IMG/VR virus record: IMGVR_UViG_2927124413_000004
Location: 4,417-68,416 of that record
Length of the DNA: 64,000 nucleotides
Direction: 5' to 3' (one strand)
Origin: a virus
A program made the position numbers and the translations under genes. Under the pieces are notes generated by a model that saw nothing but the letters and a program-made list of their open reading frames with translations, was not told the DNA's origin and did no database searches. Below are positions 63,401 through 64,000 of the stretch, in pieces (position 1 is the stretch's first letter; the number at the start of each line of letters is the position of its first letter).

Positions 63401-64000
63401 GTGCGCCCGCCAGCAACGTCGTCTCCATCGGCCATAACCGGATCGATTTTCTCAAGCGCCAGATCCTCGACGGCCATCAACGTCTCGAATCCAACAGCGC
63501 GGACTGGGTCGAGGCGAGCATGCAAGTCGCCACGGCCTTGCGCGAGGCCCGCGACGCGATCCCGGCGGATGTTTCGTTCAGCGCCTGGCTGAAGCGAAAC
63601 GGCCTGGATTTTTTCACTCATCAAAACCGGGCGGCTCTGATTGGCATGGCGAACGATCCGGACCTGGCGCGCGTCATCCTCGCGGAAACCGAGAGCCGTT
63701 CCTACCGGCAGATCTGGGAGCAACATCGCAAGCGGTTTACCAGCACCGGTAAACCACCGGCAGGTTCGAAGCGCCCGATCACACGCAACCGCACCCGTAA
63801 CATGAATTGGCGGATTATGAAGCTCGGACAGAAAGTGGTCGACCGGATCAAAGGCACCTCGCTCGACAGCCAGCGCGAGATGGATGAGCTGGTGATGCTC
63901 AACCGCGGCGTCCCGGAGGGCGAATTGACCGAGGTAGTCGAGCGGCTGGTGGACGATGCCGCCGCCGGCAAGCCGGTGAGCGCCGTCGCTGAAGGCGCCC
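63397..64000 (+). CDS. Hypothetical protein (DUF3102-like), truncated by the window edge
   Basis: MSAPASNVVSIGHNRIDFLKRQ...F..WLK; open to the end of the window. Confidence 0.6.
   Translation, partial: MSAPASNVVSIGHNRIDFLKRQILDGHQRLESNSADWVEASMQVATALREARDAIPADVSFSAWLKRNGLDFFTHQNRAALIGMANDPDLARVILAETESRSYRQIWEQHRKRFTSTGKPPAGSKRPITRNRTRNMNWRIMKLGQKVVDRIKGTSLDSQREMDELVMLNRGVPEGELTEVVERLVDDAAAGKPVSAVAEGA

Larger units (their letters stand above)
1914..64000. mobile_element. Temperate prophage (HK97/P27-like head, Mu-like contractile tail), probably defective; continues beyond the right edge
   Basis: Contiguous terminase, capsid, portal, sheath, tube, baseplate, fibre, lysin, replication and recombination genes. 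Left boundary is approximate; no att site or integrase identified. Confidence 0.93.

Noticed and set aside
1-64000. tRNA, rRNA, integrase, luxI, retron or CRISPR elements
   Set aside because: None recognised by eye. A tRNAscan/Infernal run would be needed to exclude small RNAs, and the integrase probably lies beyond the right edge.

Overview
A GC-rich alphaproteobacterial window; host assignment to the Bradyrhizobium group is an inference from gene content. After a type I R-M locus (hsdS partial, hsdM; 1-1723), nearly all of the rest is one large temperate prophage running off the right edge, with no integrase in view. It combines an HK97/P27-type head and terminase with a Mu-type contractile tail, and has RecT/exonuclease, primase/helicase and a Cro-like switch gene. 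Signs of decay: a frameshifted helicase, a frameshifted neck-region gene, an ATC in place of the baseplate-J start codon, a ligase split by nested IS21 elements, and no cI gene. Some single-base lesions could be assembly errors. The most interesting accessory content is: (1) a LuxR solo with all canonical AHL-binding residues, in a regulator cluster behind the tail genes, with a lux-box-like site upstream of a TATAAT promoter; (2) a 1076-aa head-region polyprotein with two repeated N-terminal-type motifs, a glycosylase-like domain and a GNAT-like domain, each domain followed by a small gene (one overprinted inside the ORF); (3) a defence/moron islet before terS, containing a 1376-aa HigA-HTH/nuclease-like giant, a VapBC50-like pair and a repeat-flanked Rap1a-like cassette. 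All family calls come from motif recognition by eye, not from database searches.
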